Shown here in pieces: positions 28,257 through 37,248 of a stretch of 64,000 nucleotides of DNA. The notes below the pieces were generated by a model. That model ran no database searches and had not been told where the DNA came from. It was given only the letters and a program-made list of their open reading frames with translations. The position numbers and the translations under genes are program-made. Source of the stretch: Leptolyngbyaceae cyanobacterium (GTDB lineage Bacteria > Cyanobacteriota > Cyanobacteriia > Phormidesmidales > Phormidesmidaceae); NCBI GenBank assembly GCA_965263355.1, contig CBDHHL010000056.1, positions 1,056,001 to 1,120,000 of the forward strand, read 5' to 3'. Every line of letters starts with the position of its first letter. Position 1 is the stretch's first letter.

Positions 28257-29702
28257 TTATCCCCTAACCCATTCTCGTAAAATAGGCACTAAAAACGTAA
28301 TTGGAGCCCGTTCTTCCACTGTTACTCGCGCTGTCAATGTCGTGCCTAAGGTCAGCGACTCTTCAGGTCCCTGAGACGATGACCAGGCATACCCACTGGA
28401 TGTCTCAGCATCCGTTTGCAGTTCAACCGTCACCGCCAGATGCCCGGTTCCCCCCGTCATCAGGGTATCCACAATCTCTGGATTACCCACTGCCGCAATT
28501 GCCCCTTCACGGGACACTGGCAACGACGATACCCCCGTTACCGTTCCTCGAATACTGCCAAACCGTTCACGCTTTACCGTATCTGGCGCAATCATAATCT
28601 CCATCCCTGGTTGTACCCGTTTTCCCTGGGCGACAGTAAAGTAGATGACCCCGGTGTCTGGCTGTGTCTGCCCAGGTGCCATCGCTTGTAGACGCCCCAA
28701 TGACATGCCTGGAGCAACTACCTGCCCCACCGTTGCCGTCGTTTCCACAATACAGCCCGACTGAAGACTTCTAATTTCACTATTTTCAATAATCTGCCGT
28801 TTTAGCTGAGAAATTTGCTGCTCTAAAGCTTGTTTTTCTTGCTCATACCCTTGTAGAGCGTTTAAATTCTCCTGTTCTAGTTGCTTTCCTCTGGTTTCTA
28901 AAGCTTGCAAATTAGCCTGCACTTGGGAAATCTGATTCAGATTATTTAAATGCTGTTGCTGAGCTTCCACCATTTGTAAGTTTAATTGCTGTAGCTGGGT
29001 ACCCAGGTCTCCCAGACGGTGCAGATTTTGACGATGTTCTTGTTCTGCCTGTAATACCATATCTGGAGCAATGGCCCCTGCTTTAACCAGGGACTGACGA
29101 CTATGGAGGCGCTGTTCCAAAACAGGTGTCAGTTCTTGGGTATCTTTGAGTTGTTGTTGTAAATTAGTACGCTGTTGCTCTAGCATTAAGGTATTTTGAC
29201 GATTAAGCGCTGGCGTTAAGGATTCTGCATTACTTAGCTGTTGTTCCATCCCCAGACGCTGGGTGGCCATTTCTGCCTGGGCCAGTCCTGTTCGTTGCGT
29301 TCGAATTAACTCGGCCTGATAAAACTGTTGTTGCAGCTGAGCGTGCTTACTCTGTTGTTGCTGTAGCTGCTGATTTAGATCCGTTGGATTAATAGTGGCC
29401 AGCAGCTCTCCGTTTTTCACGCATTGCCCTGCAGTCATCGGTAAAGTCTCTAATTGCCCCGAAATAGGTGATTGGAGGGGGATAACCTGATGTGGGTCTA
29501 GCAAAATACCCTGGCCCGTGACCGTCATGGGCATTTTACCCAACAGACTCCAAGCGGCCCCAGCCCCCAAGAGTAGCGTCATCATGCCCAAGGGTAGCCA
29601 GTCTTTAGGCTTGACCAGTCGGATCGCCTGATCCAACTTTTCAGGTGATTGGAGTCGCTCCAGGGATTGTTTACGAAACAGGTGTGTGTTTTGTTCAAGC
29701 AT
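28257..29702 (-). CDS. NHLP bacteriocin system secretion protein (HlyD family)
   Basis: LFRKQSLERLQSPEKLDQ N-terminus, TM helix, long coiled coil, WSSSQGP, PITFLVP. Confidence 0.92.
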   Translation of the reverse strand: MLEQNTHLFRKQSLERLQSPEKLDQAIRLVKPKDWLPLGMMTLLLGAGAAWSLLGKMPMTVTGQGILLDPHQVIPLQSPISGQLETLPMTAGQCVKNGELLATINPTDLNQQLQQQQSKHAQLQQQFYQAELIRTQRTGLAQAEMATQRLGMEQQLSNAESLTPALNRQNTLMLEQQRTNLQQQLKDTQELTPVLEQRLHSRQSLVKAGAIAPDMVLQAEQEHRQNLHRLGDLGTQLQQLNLQMVEAQQQHLNNLNQISQVQANLQALETRGKQLEQENLNALQGYEQEKQALEQQISQLKRQIIENSEIRSLQSGCIVETTATVGQVVAPGMSLGRLQAMAPGQTQPDTGVIYFTVAQGKRVQPGMEIMIAPDTVKRERFGSIRGTVTGVSSLPVSREGAIAAVGNPEIVDTLMTGGTGHLAVTVELQTDAETSSGYAWSSSQGPEESLTLGTTLTARVTVEERAPITFLVPILREWVRG

Positions 29703-29731
29703 GCTTCCGCCTTTTGCCTTCCTACGTTGTT

Positions 29732-32050
29732 TTAGGTCAATTGTCGATTCATAAGCGTTTTAAACAATCCCGGCTGTTGGGATAATGCTTCAAAGCTGCC
29801 CTGTTGCACGATCTGACCTTGGTCTAATACGTAAATGCGATCGGCATGGCGGATGGTACTGAGACGATGTGCGATCGCAATTCGAGTGATTTTCAACCGT
29901 TCTAAGTTTTGACGCACCGTTGCCTGGGTACAATTGTCCAGCGCGCTGGTCGCTTCATCTAATAACAAAATCTTGGGTTTTAAGATCAGAGCACGGGCAA
30001 GCAGTAGCCGTTGCCGCTGCCCCCCTGAGAGATTTGCCCCCCCTTCAGATATATGGGTATGTAGCCCCATGGGCATGGCCTGAATGTCGTCTGCTAACCC
30101 TGCCATTTGGGCAGCTTGCCAGACATCTGACCGAGTGGTCAGAGACCCCGCTGCAATGTTGTCAAAGATAGAGCCACTATTAATATGACCATGTTGCAAC
30201 ACCACTCCCAACTGTCGCCGTACGGCTGCAACATCCAACCCAGATAGAGCCTGCTGATCGTAAAATACACCACCAGACTCAGGCCATTCGAACCCGAGGA
30301 TCAATCGTAGAAGAGTCGATTTGCCACTGCCAGAGGGGCCTACCAACGCGATAAATTCTCCAGGCTTGGCCTCTAACGTAACCCGATCTAACGTCAGGGG
30401 ACCATCCGCACAATAGCGAAAGGAGAGTCGGTCTAGTAATAAATGGCCAGTCAGGTCACCTGGATGGGCTTTTGTATTGTCTACCTCGGGTTGGGCCTGC
30501 ATAATGGGCTGTGTGCGCTCCCAGAAAACACCCGCTTCCCAGAGTTGCACGATGGCCTCACTTAGGTTTGTGGTGCCCCCAATAAAGATACCAAACGCGC
30601 TATTAAATGCCAGGAAAACCCCTGTAGACATAGGCTTTGCTGTAGCAATGTCTGTTTGTTGCAGACCAACCACGCCAATAAAGAAGAGTATCAAGCTCAG
30701 GGTTGGCAAGGCCTGATTAAATACCCGTAAATAATCAGCTAAACATTGACTGTCGAGGGTTATTTTTAACTGTTGGCGATAATAGCTGGCCCAGTAGGCA
30801 AAGGCTCGATGTTCGGCCCCGGCAACGCGAATTTTAGAGATGCCTTCCAGGATTTGGACCATGGTGCCAAACAGATTTCCCTGAACTAATAGTAAAGCCC
30901 GAAATTTTTGATTCATGGGCAATCGGATCAGGTTTGTAATCAAAAAAGAGACTAAGGCCAACACTATCGCTAATCGGGCTAATCGGGCACTGTAAACGAA
31001 TAAAATGCCACCATTGAGTAGGGCAAAGAGACTGGTTAGGAGGGTAGGCAGAGTTGCCCCTTCTAGGCGATAGCGGATTTGAGTAATGGCTAAAACCCGA
31101 TTCTTAAGATCACCACTGGTATAGTTACGAAAAAAGGATGGCTGTAATTTTAGTAGACGATCCCAAATAGCTGATTGGGTTACTACATCTAAATTGGTCT
31201 GCAGTCGCAGTAGGGCAACCCGTTGCACCCGTTGGAAGACAACAACGCCGAGACTGGCTAGGAGAAGGCCAATGCCAAGTTGGAATAATAAGGTGCGATC
31301 GCTATTGGGAATGGCCTGATCGATTAATATGCCGGTAGCTACCGGAGTCAACACCCCCAACAATGCAATGAGAATACCGCTGCCTGCAATTGTGAGTAGT
31401 GAAGATTGTTGTCCCTGCAGGGCAAATTGCAATACCTCCCAACCGCGCATCAGCTGATCCGGAAAGGACCGATAAAAGACATAGGCGATGGGATCAATCT
31501 GTTGGGCTTGGCTGGCGGTCAGAGGGATGTGCCGTTGCAGCCTTGGAGCAAATACCTGATAACGGCCAGGACGAATAGGTAACAAGGCCACTGGTTGCTG
31601 GTTGATGCTCCCCAGCAATGGGCCTAAATCGGCCTGCCACCAGCCAGGCTCTAACTGTACCTGACGAGTGTGGATCCGAGAGGCGGTTGCGATCGCTCGG
31701 ATCGCATCATTGATGGTTGGTTTGCCTAAGTTTATATCACCTGCAGCTTCATGGTGCTGTAGCGGTGATGCTAGCCAGTCCTGGGGGGGATGAATGTCGA
31801 TGCCCAATGCCTGGCCCACAGCCCCTGCCGCTGCTAGCCAGGGATTTTCTGTACCAGATAGCGAAAACCTGCCCCCTACCTCTGGCTGGGTTAAAACCGA
31901 AGCAAGATCATTGAGGGCCTGGGTTTGGATAGCAAGGTCATAAAGGTCAGCGGGAGTGGTGCAATCGTATTGCGAGTCTACAGAAGGCTGTGGTTTAGGA
32001 GATTGCCCTGAAATAGATAATTGGCACGATTCGAGTATCGGCATACTCAT
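29732..32050 (-). CDS. NHLP bacteriocin export ABC transporter permease/ATPase (no peptidase domain)
   Basis: WWQADLGPLL, GPSGSGKS, LSGGQRQR, DEATSALD; in an operon with HlyD and the C39 transporter. Confidence 0.92.
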   Translation of the reverse strand: MSMPILESCQLSISGQSPKPQPSVDSQYDCTTPADLYDLAIQTQALNDLASVLTQPEVGGRFSLSGTENPWLAAAGAVGQALGIDIHPPQDWLASPLQHHEAAGDINLGKPTINDAIRAIATASRIHTRQVQLEPGWWQADLGPLLGSINQQPVALLPIRPGRYQVFAPRLQRHIPLTASQAQQIDPIAYVFYRSFPDQLMRGWEVLQFALQGQQSSLLTIAGSGILIALLGVLTPVATGILIDQAIPNSDRTLLFQLGIGLLLASLGVVVFQRVQRVALLRLQTNLDVVTQSAIWDRLLKLQPSFFRNYTSGDLKNRVLAITQIRYRLEGATLPTLLTSLFALLNGGILFVYSARLARLAIVLALVSFLITNLIRLPMNQKFRALLLVQGNLFGTMVQILEGISKIRVAGAEHRAFAYWASYYRQQLKITLDSQCLADYLRVFNQALPTLSLILFFIGVVGLQQTDIATAKPMSTGVFLAFNSAFGIFIGGTTNLSEAIVQLWEAGVFWERTQPIMQAQPEVDNTKAHPGDLTGHLLLDRLSFRYCADGPLTLDRVTLEAKPGEFIALVGPSGSGKSTLLRLILGFEWPESGGVFYDQQALSGLDVAAVRRQLGVVLQHGHINSGSIFDNIAAGSLTTRSDVWQAAQMAGLADDIQAMPMGLHTHISEGGANLSGGQRQRLLLARALILKPKILLLDEATSALDNCTQATVRQNLERLKITRIAIAHRLSTIRHADRIYVLDQGQIVQQGSFEALSQQPGLFKTLMNRQLT

Positions 32051-32102
32051 CCTTCCTTATCTATGGAACGAGACACCCCTACGATAGGCATTAAAACTGG
32101 CA

Positions 32103-32148
32103 TTGTCGTTACAGAAAAAGTCTGGTAGTTTGCAACAAGATGTCAGGA
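32103..32148 (-). promoter_or_regulatory. Island box upstream of the NHLP transporter operon
   Basis: Sense strand ccagactttttctgtaacgacaa; TATCGT 17 bp after ACGACA; auxiliary tcctgacatc. Confidence 0.75.
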
Positions 32149-32152
32149 AAAA

Positions 32153-32914
32153 TCAATTAAATGATGCTCCATAGACGCGTGATGGTTGCTTTTGTGCATA
32201 GTTCAGACAGTCGTTGAGCAAGTGGGTAAAAATTTCAAATATTTGTTCAACCCTGTTAAGGGCATGCTTCAGATCAGTTGGAGATAGCTGCGTATGATTG
32301 ATCAGATGCATAGACTCATTTGAATAAAGACTATGCTCAGAGTCAGCCGCAAAATGACTGCTAGCAAAATACTGATACTGTTTTCCTGTTATCGCTTGTA
32401 GCTCTTGGCCAACTTGGGCGGCGGCGGCAAAAAAGACATTGCTTGTTGCTTCTAGAGCCTCAATTACCACCAGTTTCTGGATAGGAGTAGCCTGACAGGA
32501 ATATCGATATAGCTCATACACAACCCAACGAGCCACCTGGGTATTGTCTCCCCACATAAATGTCAAAGCATCACTCAAACGCAAGGTTTGATCCATGCCA
32601 AATCTTTTCAAGTCAGTGAGAAACCATACCCAATGATGGTCATCCTCATAGGTATGGTGATTGATCAGTTGCTGAATTGGATCATGGGTGGGCTCATCTC
32701 GGAAAATAGATGTGTTTAATTCTGCAAACCCCATCACTAGAGGTGCCAGACAGGGCGCAAATGAAAGCCGTTGGGCTGGATCGATTTGCTTATTCAAAAA
32801 GAACTGGAAAAAAGGATGTTGGGCAAATTCTTGCTTGTGATGATCTATGGAAAGCAATACTTGTCGTATGCTGGTCTCTGAAGTCTGGGGGAAATCAATA
32901 CAATTAATAGTCAT
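32153..32914 (-). CDS. Putative heme-oxygenase-like diiron oxidase fold protein
   Basis: HPFF, HTYEDDHHW, EALE and YF..H...D..H arrangement of His/carboxylate residues in a helical protein. Confidence 0.55.
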   Translation of the reverse strand: MTINCIDFPQTSETSIRQVLLSIDHHKQEFAQHPFFQFFLNKQIDPAQRLSFAPCLAPLVMGFAELNTSIFRDEPTHDPIQQLINHHTYEDDHHWVWFLTDLKRFGMDQTLRLSDALTFMWGDNTQVARWVVYELYRYSCQATPIQKLVVIEALEATSNVFFAAAAQVGQELQAITGKQYQYFASSHFAADSEHSLYSNESMHLINHTQLSPTDLKHALNRVEQIFEIFTHLLNDCLNYAQKQPSRVYGASFN

Positions 32915-32992
32915 GTTAGAAGACTTGTAGATTGGAGCTGCAGGATAAAGATATTTTCAGGAAAGAAACGACTCGTTGTCCAAGCCCTCAAA

Positions 32993-34231
32993 TCAAACAG
33001 TAGTGGTATAACTCACCAAGAATGTCACCTCAGCGCGTTGGCTATCGCCATTGCCCATTGTGGTAATAAAGACCCCATCGCCTTTAGGCGTAATCCCACC
33101 ACCAAAGACTTTGCCACTGCGGGTATCGTAGGTTAGATGTAGGTCTCGCTGATTACGAATAGCGCTGATATCCGCATGTTCATCACTACTGCCACCGTCT
33201 GATTCAAAGATTTTGATCGAGATAGGAATTCGGTTTTTAGTCACACTGACCGGCTGCTTAAAGAAGAAATTAGGATAGGCATCATCATCATTGTTAATAC
33301 TCTTTGTACGGGGCTTTGCAACCCCATCAATGGCCACCCTGGCATAGAAATCCGCTTCGCCCCGACCCCAACCTTCAAAATCATCCAGGGCTTTGATCCG
33401 CCGAATCCTAACTGTCAATAGCGCATCCCTGACCGGTGTACCCATTAGCCGTAGATGATAGCGAGTACGCCCCGGCTTTGGTTTGCGTACCTGCACCAGA
33501 TAATGACCAGGAGTAAGTAGGTCACTCTCAACAGTTTCAGACGTTGCGCGCAGGTGTCTAGAATCAATGAGTTTGGTACCCTGTTGGTCATACAGGCTCA
33601 GTTGTACCCTGGCATTAAATTGACTAGCGGTTGCCGAAAATTTGCTGGGGGCGACCAGCTTAAAGCGATAATAGTCACTTCTGTCGCGACTACCGTCAAT
33701 TTCTCCAATCACATCACGCACACCATTGAGGTTGACCAAACCATCTCGATCTAAGCGATGTGCATTAGCTGGAAAATCGTTGTTTTCCCGTTCTGGTTCT
33801 AATACATTAGGTTGCACCGCCAGTTCCATCCGATAGGGGGTATCACCCGGCCCCTGACTTAAAACCTGTAGGTAGTAGGTGCTGTTGCCCAGTCCATGAA
33901 TATCAATGACTTGGTTACCATTGTTATCTAGGCTCGACTGAGTAATCACATCACCTGGGTATACATAGCGATCATTTTGGACATCTCTAATTAGCCGGAC
34001 GGTGGCTGTCGTGCCAACATCGGGAAGTTTACAGGTCAGACTGCCTGTGGCCATCGAAAATTGATAGTTTCTTACTTTACCTGCAGGCAATGTTTCTGCA
34101 AAGATAATGGAATCATTTACCTGACCAACAACGGTAATGGGAGAGAGAATTGATGCCGTTGGAAAGGTACTCTGAGTATCAATTGAGTTGGATACAATTG
34201 TAGTGTTAGGCGTTAGGGGTGTAGAAGCCAT
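32993..34231 (-). CDS. Protein with pre-peptidase C-terminal (PPC)-like domains and a C2-like C-terminal domain
   Basis: EPERENND, DRSDYYRF, GHYLVQV (PPC-like); GEADFYARV...IFESDGG (C2-like). Confidence 0.6.
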   Translation of the reverse strand: MASTPLTPNTTIVSNSIDTQSTFPTASILSPITVVGQVNDSIIFAETLPAGKVRNYQFSMATGSLTCKLPDVGTTATVRLIRDVQNDRYVYPGDVITQSSLDNNGNQVIDIHGLGNSTYYLQVLSQGPGDTPYRMELAVQPNVLEPERENNDFPANAHRLDRDGLVNLNGVRDVIGEIDGSRDRSDYYRFKLVAPSKFSATASQFNARVQLSLYDQQGTKLIDSRHLRATSETVESDLLTPGHYLVQVRKPKPGRTRYHLRLMGTPVRDALLTVRIRRIKALDDFEGWGRGEADFYARVAIDGVAKPRTKSINNDDDAYPNFFFKQPVSVTKNRIPISIKIFESDGGSSDEHADISAIRNQRDLHLTYDTRSGKVFGGGITPKGDGVFITTMGNGDSQRAEVTFLVSYTTTV

Positions 34232-34347
34232 GATAGTAGGAGATAGAATTTACTTGCAGTTTATTGATTTGGCATTTAAGACCAAATCTCTGTTACCAGT
34301 TGTGCGCTCAGACAGGGGTACATTGGCTGAGATAACCTGTCGTTTTA

Positions 34348-34515
34348 CTAACTGAATGTAGTAGGCAACGCTGCTATTAGCCACTTGCAAACCAGACGAT
34401 CGTCTTCAAGTATCCACGTTGCGATAAGCTGAGATTTAGGTTTAACAACAGTAGTCAACTGTTGAGTATGAGACTTATTAGTTTTAGTAGCTAATGTTTT
34501 AATAGTTGCAGTCAT
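34348..34515 (-). CDS. Small hypothetical protein (55 aa), LIATW...LVCKW motif
   Basis: ATG at 34515 with GGAG RBS; downstream of a box promoter. Confidence 0.6.
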   Translation of the reverse strand: MTATIKTLATKTNKSHTQQLTTVVKPKSQLIATWILEDDRLVCKWLIAALPTTFS

Positions 34516-34682
34516 GATACTTTTCTCCAAGTAATATGATGATTGTGATAACCCGCGCAAAACAAATGGATAATTGATTGATTGACCGAAAACGCCTGAC
34601 TTATGAGTGACTTGTTTTGAGATCAAACGTTTTTGAACTGCGTTTGAATCTATATTTACAAGAGTAAATAGAACGCTTAAAT

Positions 34683-34750
34683 TCGTCGTTACAGAAAATG
34701 TCTGGTAAGTTCTAGATCCTGACATTTAACGACATTTCCTGTAATGCCGG
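34683..34750. promoter_or_regulatory. Back-to-back island boxes forming a divergent promoter region
   Basis: Minus-strand box at 34683-34705 (ccagacattttctgtaacgacga); plus-strand tcctgacatttaacgacatttcctgtaatgccgg at 34717-34750. Confidence 0.75.
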
Positions 34751-34811
34751 ACCTCTTAATATGCGCGTAGTCTAGAGCTAATTGCAACTGGGCTCTTCGA
34801 ACAAGATAACA

Positions 34812-35753
34812 ATGACTACACCCTATACCTATGAATCCACCTGGCGAGAGTCTCAAGCAGTCAACTGGCGTGTGGAAGATCTGATTGGTCCTGATAAGCC
34901 AATGGACTTTTGTCTTCCTTTTTTGCCAGATAGCCTGGTCCGTGCGGCGGATAGTGGCTGTTTAAATCTTGAGCAACAACTGGTGCTCAATCATATTCGA
35001 GCCCATAGCTATCTACACCTGTTTGTTTTAGTGGAAGCATTTATTATTCCCATGGTGTTGGAACAGGTTAAACAGATGGGCTATGGCAATATAGTGGCCA
35101 TTCAGGCTCTGCTGGGGTTTGCCGAGGAGGAAGGCAAGCATATTAATATGTTTCAGCAGTTTATGGCAGCCTTTGAGCAGGGAGGCCATTATCGCTGCCA
35201 ATGTGTAGGTCCCCTGGAAGAGGTGGCTCGAAAAATTGGGTCTTATCTCCCCCTTAGTGTGTTGCTGTTGACGCTCCAATTTGAGTGGACAACACAAATT
35301 CACTATTTAGAAAGTATTCGTCAGCACCAGGAGCAGCTTGACCCGCGCTTTTGTGATTTACTCAAGTATCACTGGCTCGAAGAAGCGCAACATACCAAGC
35401 TTGATACCTTGATGGCTTACGGGCTGGTGGACCAGATGTCTGCATCTGAAATTGATATGGCTATTGAAGGGTATTTTGAGCTGGTCCAGATGTTAGAGCA
35501 GACCCTGATAGCCCAGGCGAAATTAGATGTCTCAAGCCTGAGTCAGGCGCTAATGAATTCAACAGATCAGCATACTTCTCAGTTATTAACCAAACGTCAG
35601 CAGCAACGACTCTATGCGTCCCAGGCCGAAACCTATCGCTGGGGGTTTCTCTGTGCAGGGGTGGGGCATCCAAACTTTCTCAACGTTTTGCAGCATATTT
35701 GTCCCGCTGCAAAAGAGCGGGCTATTGGTTTAGTCAAGGCATTGTCTTATTAA
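34812..35753 (+). CDS. Ferritin-like diiron oxygenase (AurF-like)
   Basis: Two E...ExxH sets: LVEAF...EEGKH and QFEW...EEAQH. Confidence 0.7.
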   Translation: MTTPYTYESTWRESQAVNWRVEDLIGPDKPMDFCLPFLPDSLVRAADSGCLNLEQQLVLNHIRAHSYLHLFVLVEAFIIPMVLEQVKQMGYGNIVAIQALLGFAEEEGKHINMFQQFMAAFEQGGHYRCQCVGPLEEVARKIGSYLPLSVLLLTLQFEWTTQIHYLESIRQHQEQLDPRFCDLLKYHWLEEAQHTKLDTLMAYGLVDQMSASEIDMAIEGYFELVQMLEQTLIAQAKLDVSSLSQALMNSTDQHTSQLLTKRQQQRLYASQAETYRWGFLCAGVGHPNFLNVLQHICPAAKERAIGLVKALSY

Positions 35754-35764
35754 GACTAGTTTCT

Positions 35765-35790
35765 GGGCAGGCGCAAGGCACAGCCCCTAT
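35765..35790 (-). repeat. REP-like short palindrome
   Basis: Reverse complement ataggggctgtgccttgcgcctgccc, related to the 28202 copy. Confidence 0.5.
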
Positions 35791-35886
35791 ATTTTTGACT
35801 GACTTGTGCATCAAACTTAGAAAACTTCTGCTAAGGTCAGATGAATGATTCAGATGACCAACGTTATAGTTAGGGTCCCAATCAAC

Positions 35887-37248
35887 ATGATGGATATGGA
35901 ACGTGCGATCGCAGCCGCTAATCACGCCATGGTTCGTCACCTCGGACGCCACCTGAGCGATGTTGAAACTGAAATTCTTAAGGGATCTTGGCAGGGGCAA
36001 ACCTATGATCAAATTGCCTCGGCATCCGGATATTCCGATAGCTATTTGCGTCGGGATGTGGGAACTAAATTTTGGAAAGCATTGGGTCAGTCCCTGGGAG
36101 AAACGGTTAGCAAAAACAACTTTAAGGAAGCCCTGCGCCGCCATGCAGAGCAGTTATTAGAGCCCATTGACCTAACCCCTACGACTAGTGCTGATGTGGC
36201 CGCTAATAAGATATCTGACAAGCCAAAAAGTGTCGTTGTTAGTCGCGATCCCTATGAGTTTTACATTGAGCGTGCACCGTTAGAAACCATTTGCTGTGAT
36301 ACCCTACGTCAGCCTGGTGCCCTGGTACGGGTGAAAGCGCCTTCCCTGATGGGCAAAACCCTGCTGATGGATCATGTGCTATCTCAGCTTGAGACCGAGG
36401 GGCTAAGGACAGTGCGCATTAGTTTGGAACTGGCCGATCGCCAGGTACATTTTTCCAATCTCAATCGGTTTCTGCGCTGGTTATGTATCAACATTACCCG
36501 TGCCCTGGCCCTGCCCAATGAATTGGATGACTATTGGGATGAAGACGGCATGGGCAGTAAGGTGAGCTGTTCTACCTATGTGGAAGACTATTTGTTGGCC
36601 AGCTGTGATGATCCGTTGGTGATCTGTTTAGACGACATAGATTTGTTATTCCCCTACCCTGATATTTACGAAGACTTTTTTGGGTTGTTACGGTCATGGT
36701 ATGAAATGGCCCGTACCCGCAGCCGTCCCCGTTGGAAACAACTCCGTCTCGCCATTGTGCATTCTACGGATGTCTATATCCCGCTAAATATTAATCAATC
36801 CCCCTTTAATGTTGGTGTGCCCATTGAGCTGACCGAATTCACCCCAGAACAAACCGAGCGATTTGCCGCGCTTCATGGACTCACATCATCGTTAGATCTA
36901 CTCCCGTTGATTGCCATGGTGGGGGGACATCCCTATTTACTAGAGCAAGCGTTTGACTATTTAAAGGCCCATCCTGAAGCGTCTTTGGATACGTTGTTAG
37001 CAACAGCGCCCACTGAAGCTGGTATCTATGCGAATCATCTGCGAGAACATTGGATTACCCTGCGGGATGCCCCCGCTCTGACAGAGACCCTATGCCAGAT
37101 AGTACAGGCCAGTAAGCCTATGGTTTTGGAGTCGGTTCAGGCCCATCAACTCCACAGCATGGGGGTGATTAAGCTGACGGGCAATATAGCAGAGCCCCGT
37201 TGTCAACTGTATCGCCAATACTTTGCTACCCAATTGGGAGAGAGATAA
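35887..37248 (+). CDS. N-terminal HTH + AAA_35 NTPase, putative transcription regulator
   Basis: LSDVETEILKGSWQGQTYDQIA...YLRRDVGTKFWK.L...LGE.VSK.NF helix-turn-helix; APSLMGKT, LDDID, SPFNVG, GGHPYL. Start uncertain (ORF from 35845). Confidence 0.8.
   Translation: MMDMERAIAAANHAMVRHLGRHLSDVETEILKGSWQGQTYDQIASASGYSDSYLRRDVGTKFWKALGQSLGETVSKNNFKEALRRHAEQLLEPIDLTPTTSADVAANKISDKPKSVVVSRDPYEFYIERAPLETICCDTLRQPGALVRVKAPSLMGKTLLMDHVLSQLETEGLRTVRISLELADRQVHFSNLNRFLRWLCINITRALALPNELDDYWDEDGMGSKVSCSTYVEDYLLASCDDPLVICLDDIDLLFPYPDIYEDFFGLLRSWYEMARTRSRPRWKQLRLAIVHSTDVYIPLNINQSPFNVGVPIELTEFTPEQTERFAALHGLTSSLDLLPLIAMVGGHPYLLEQAFDYLKAHPEASLDTLLATAPTEAGIYANHLREHWITLRDAPALTETLCQIVQASKPMVLESVQAHQLHSMGVIKLTGNIAEPRCQLYRQYFATQLGER

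Noticed and set aside
34516..34725. N-terminal extension making the 34348 ORF 125 aa
   Set aside because: It runs through the promoter box; the RBS supports the ATG at 34515.
10714..34750. Island box considered as a CRISPR repeat or transposon end
   Set aside because: Copies are degenerate, kilobases apart and oriented with downstream genes; there are no regular spacers, cas genes or transposase.
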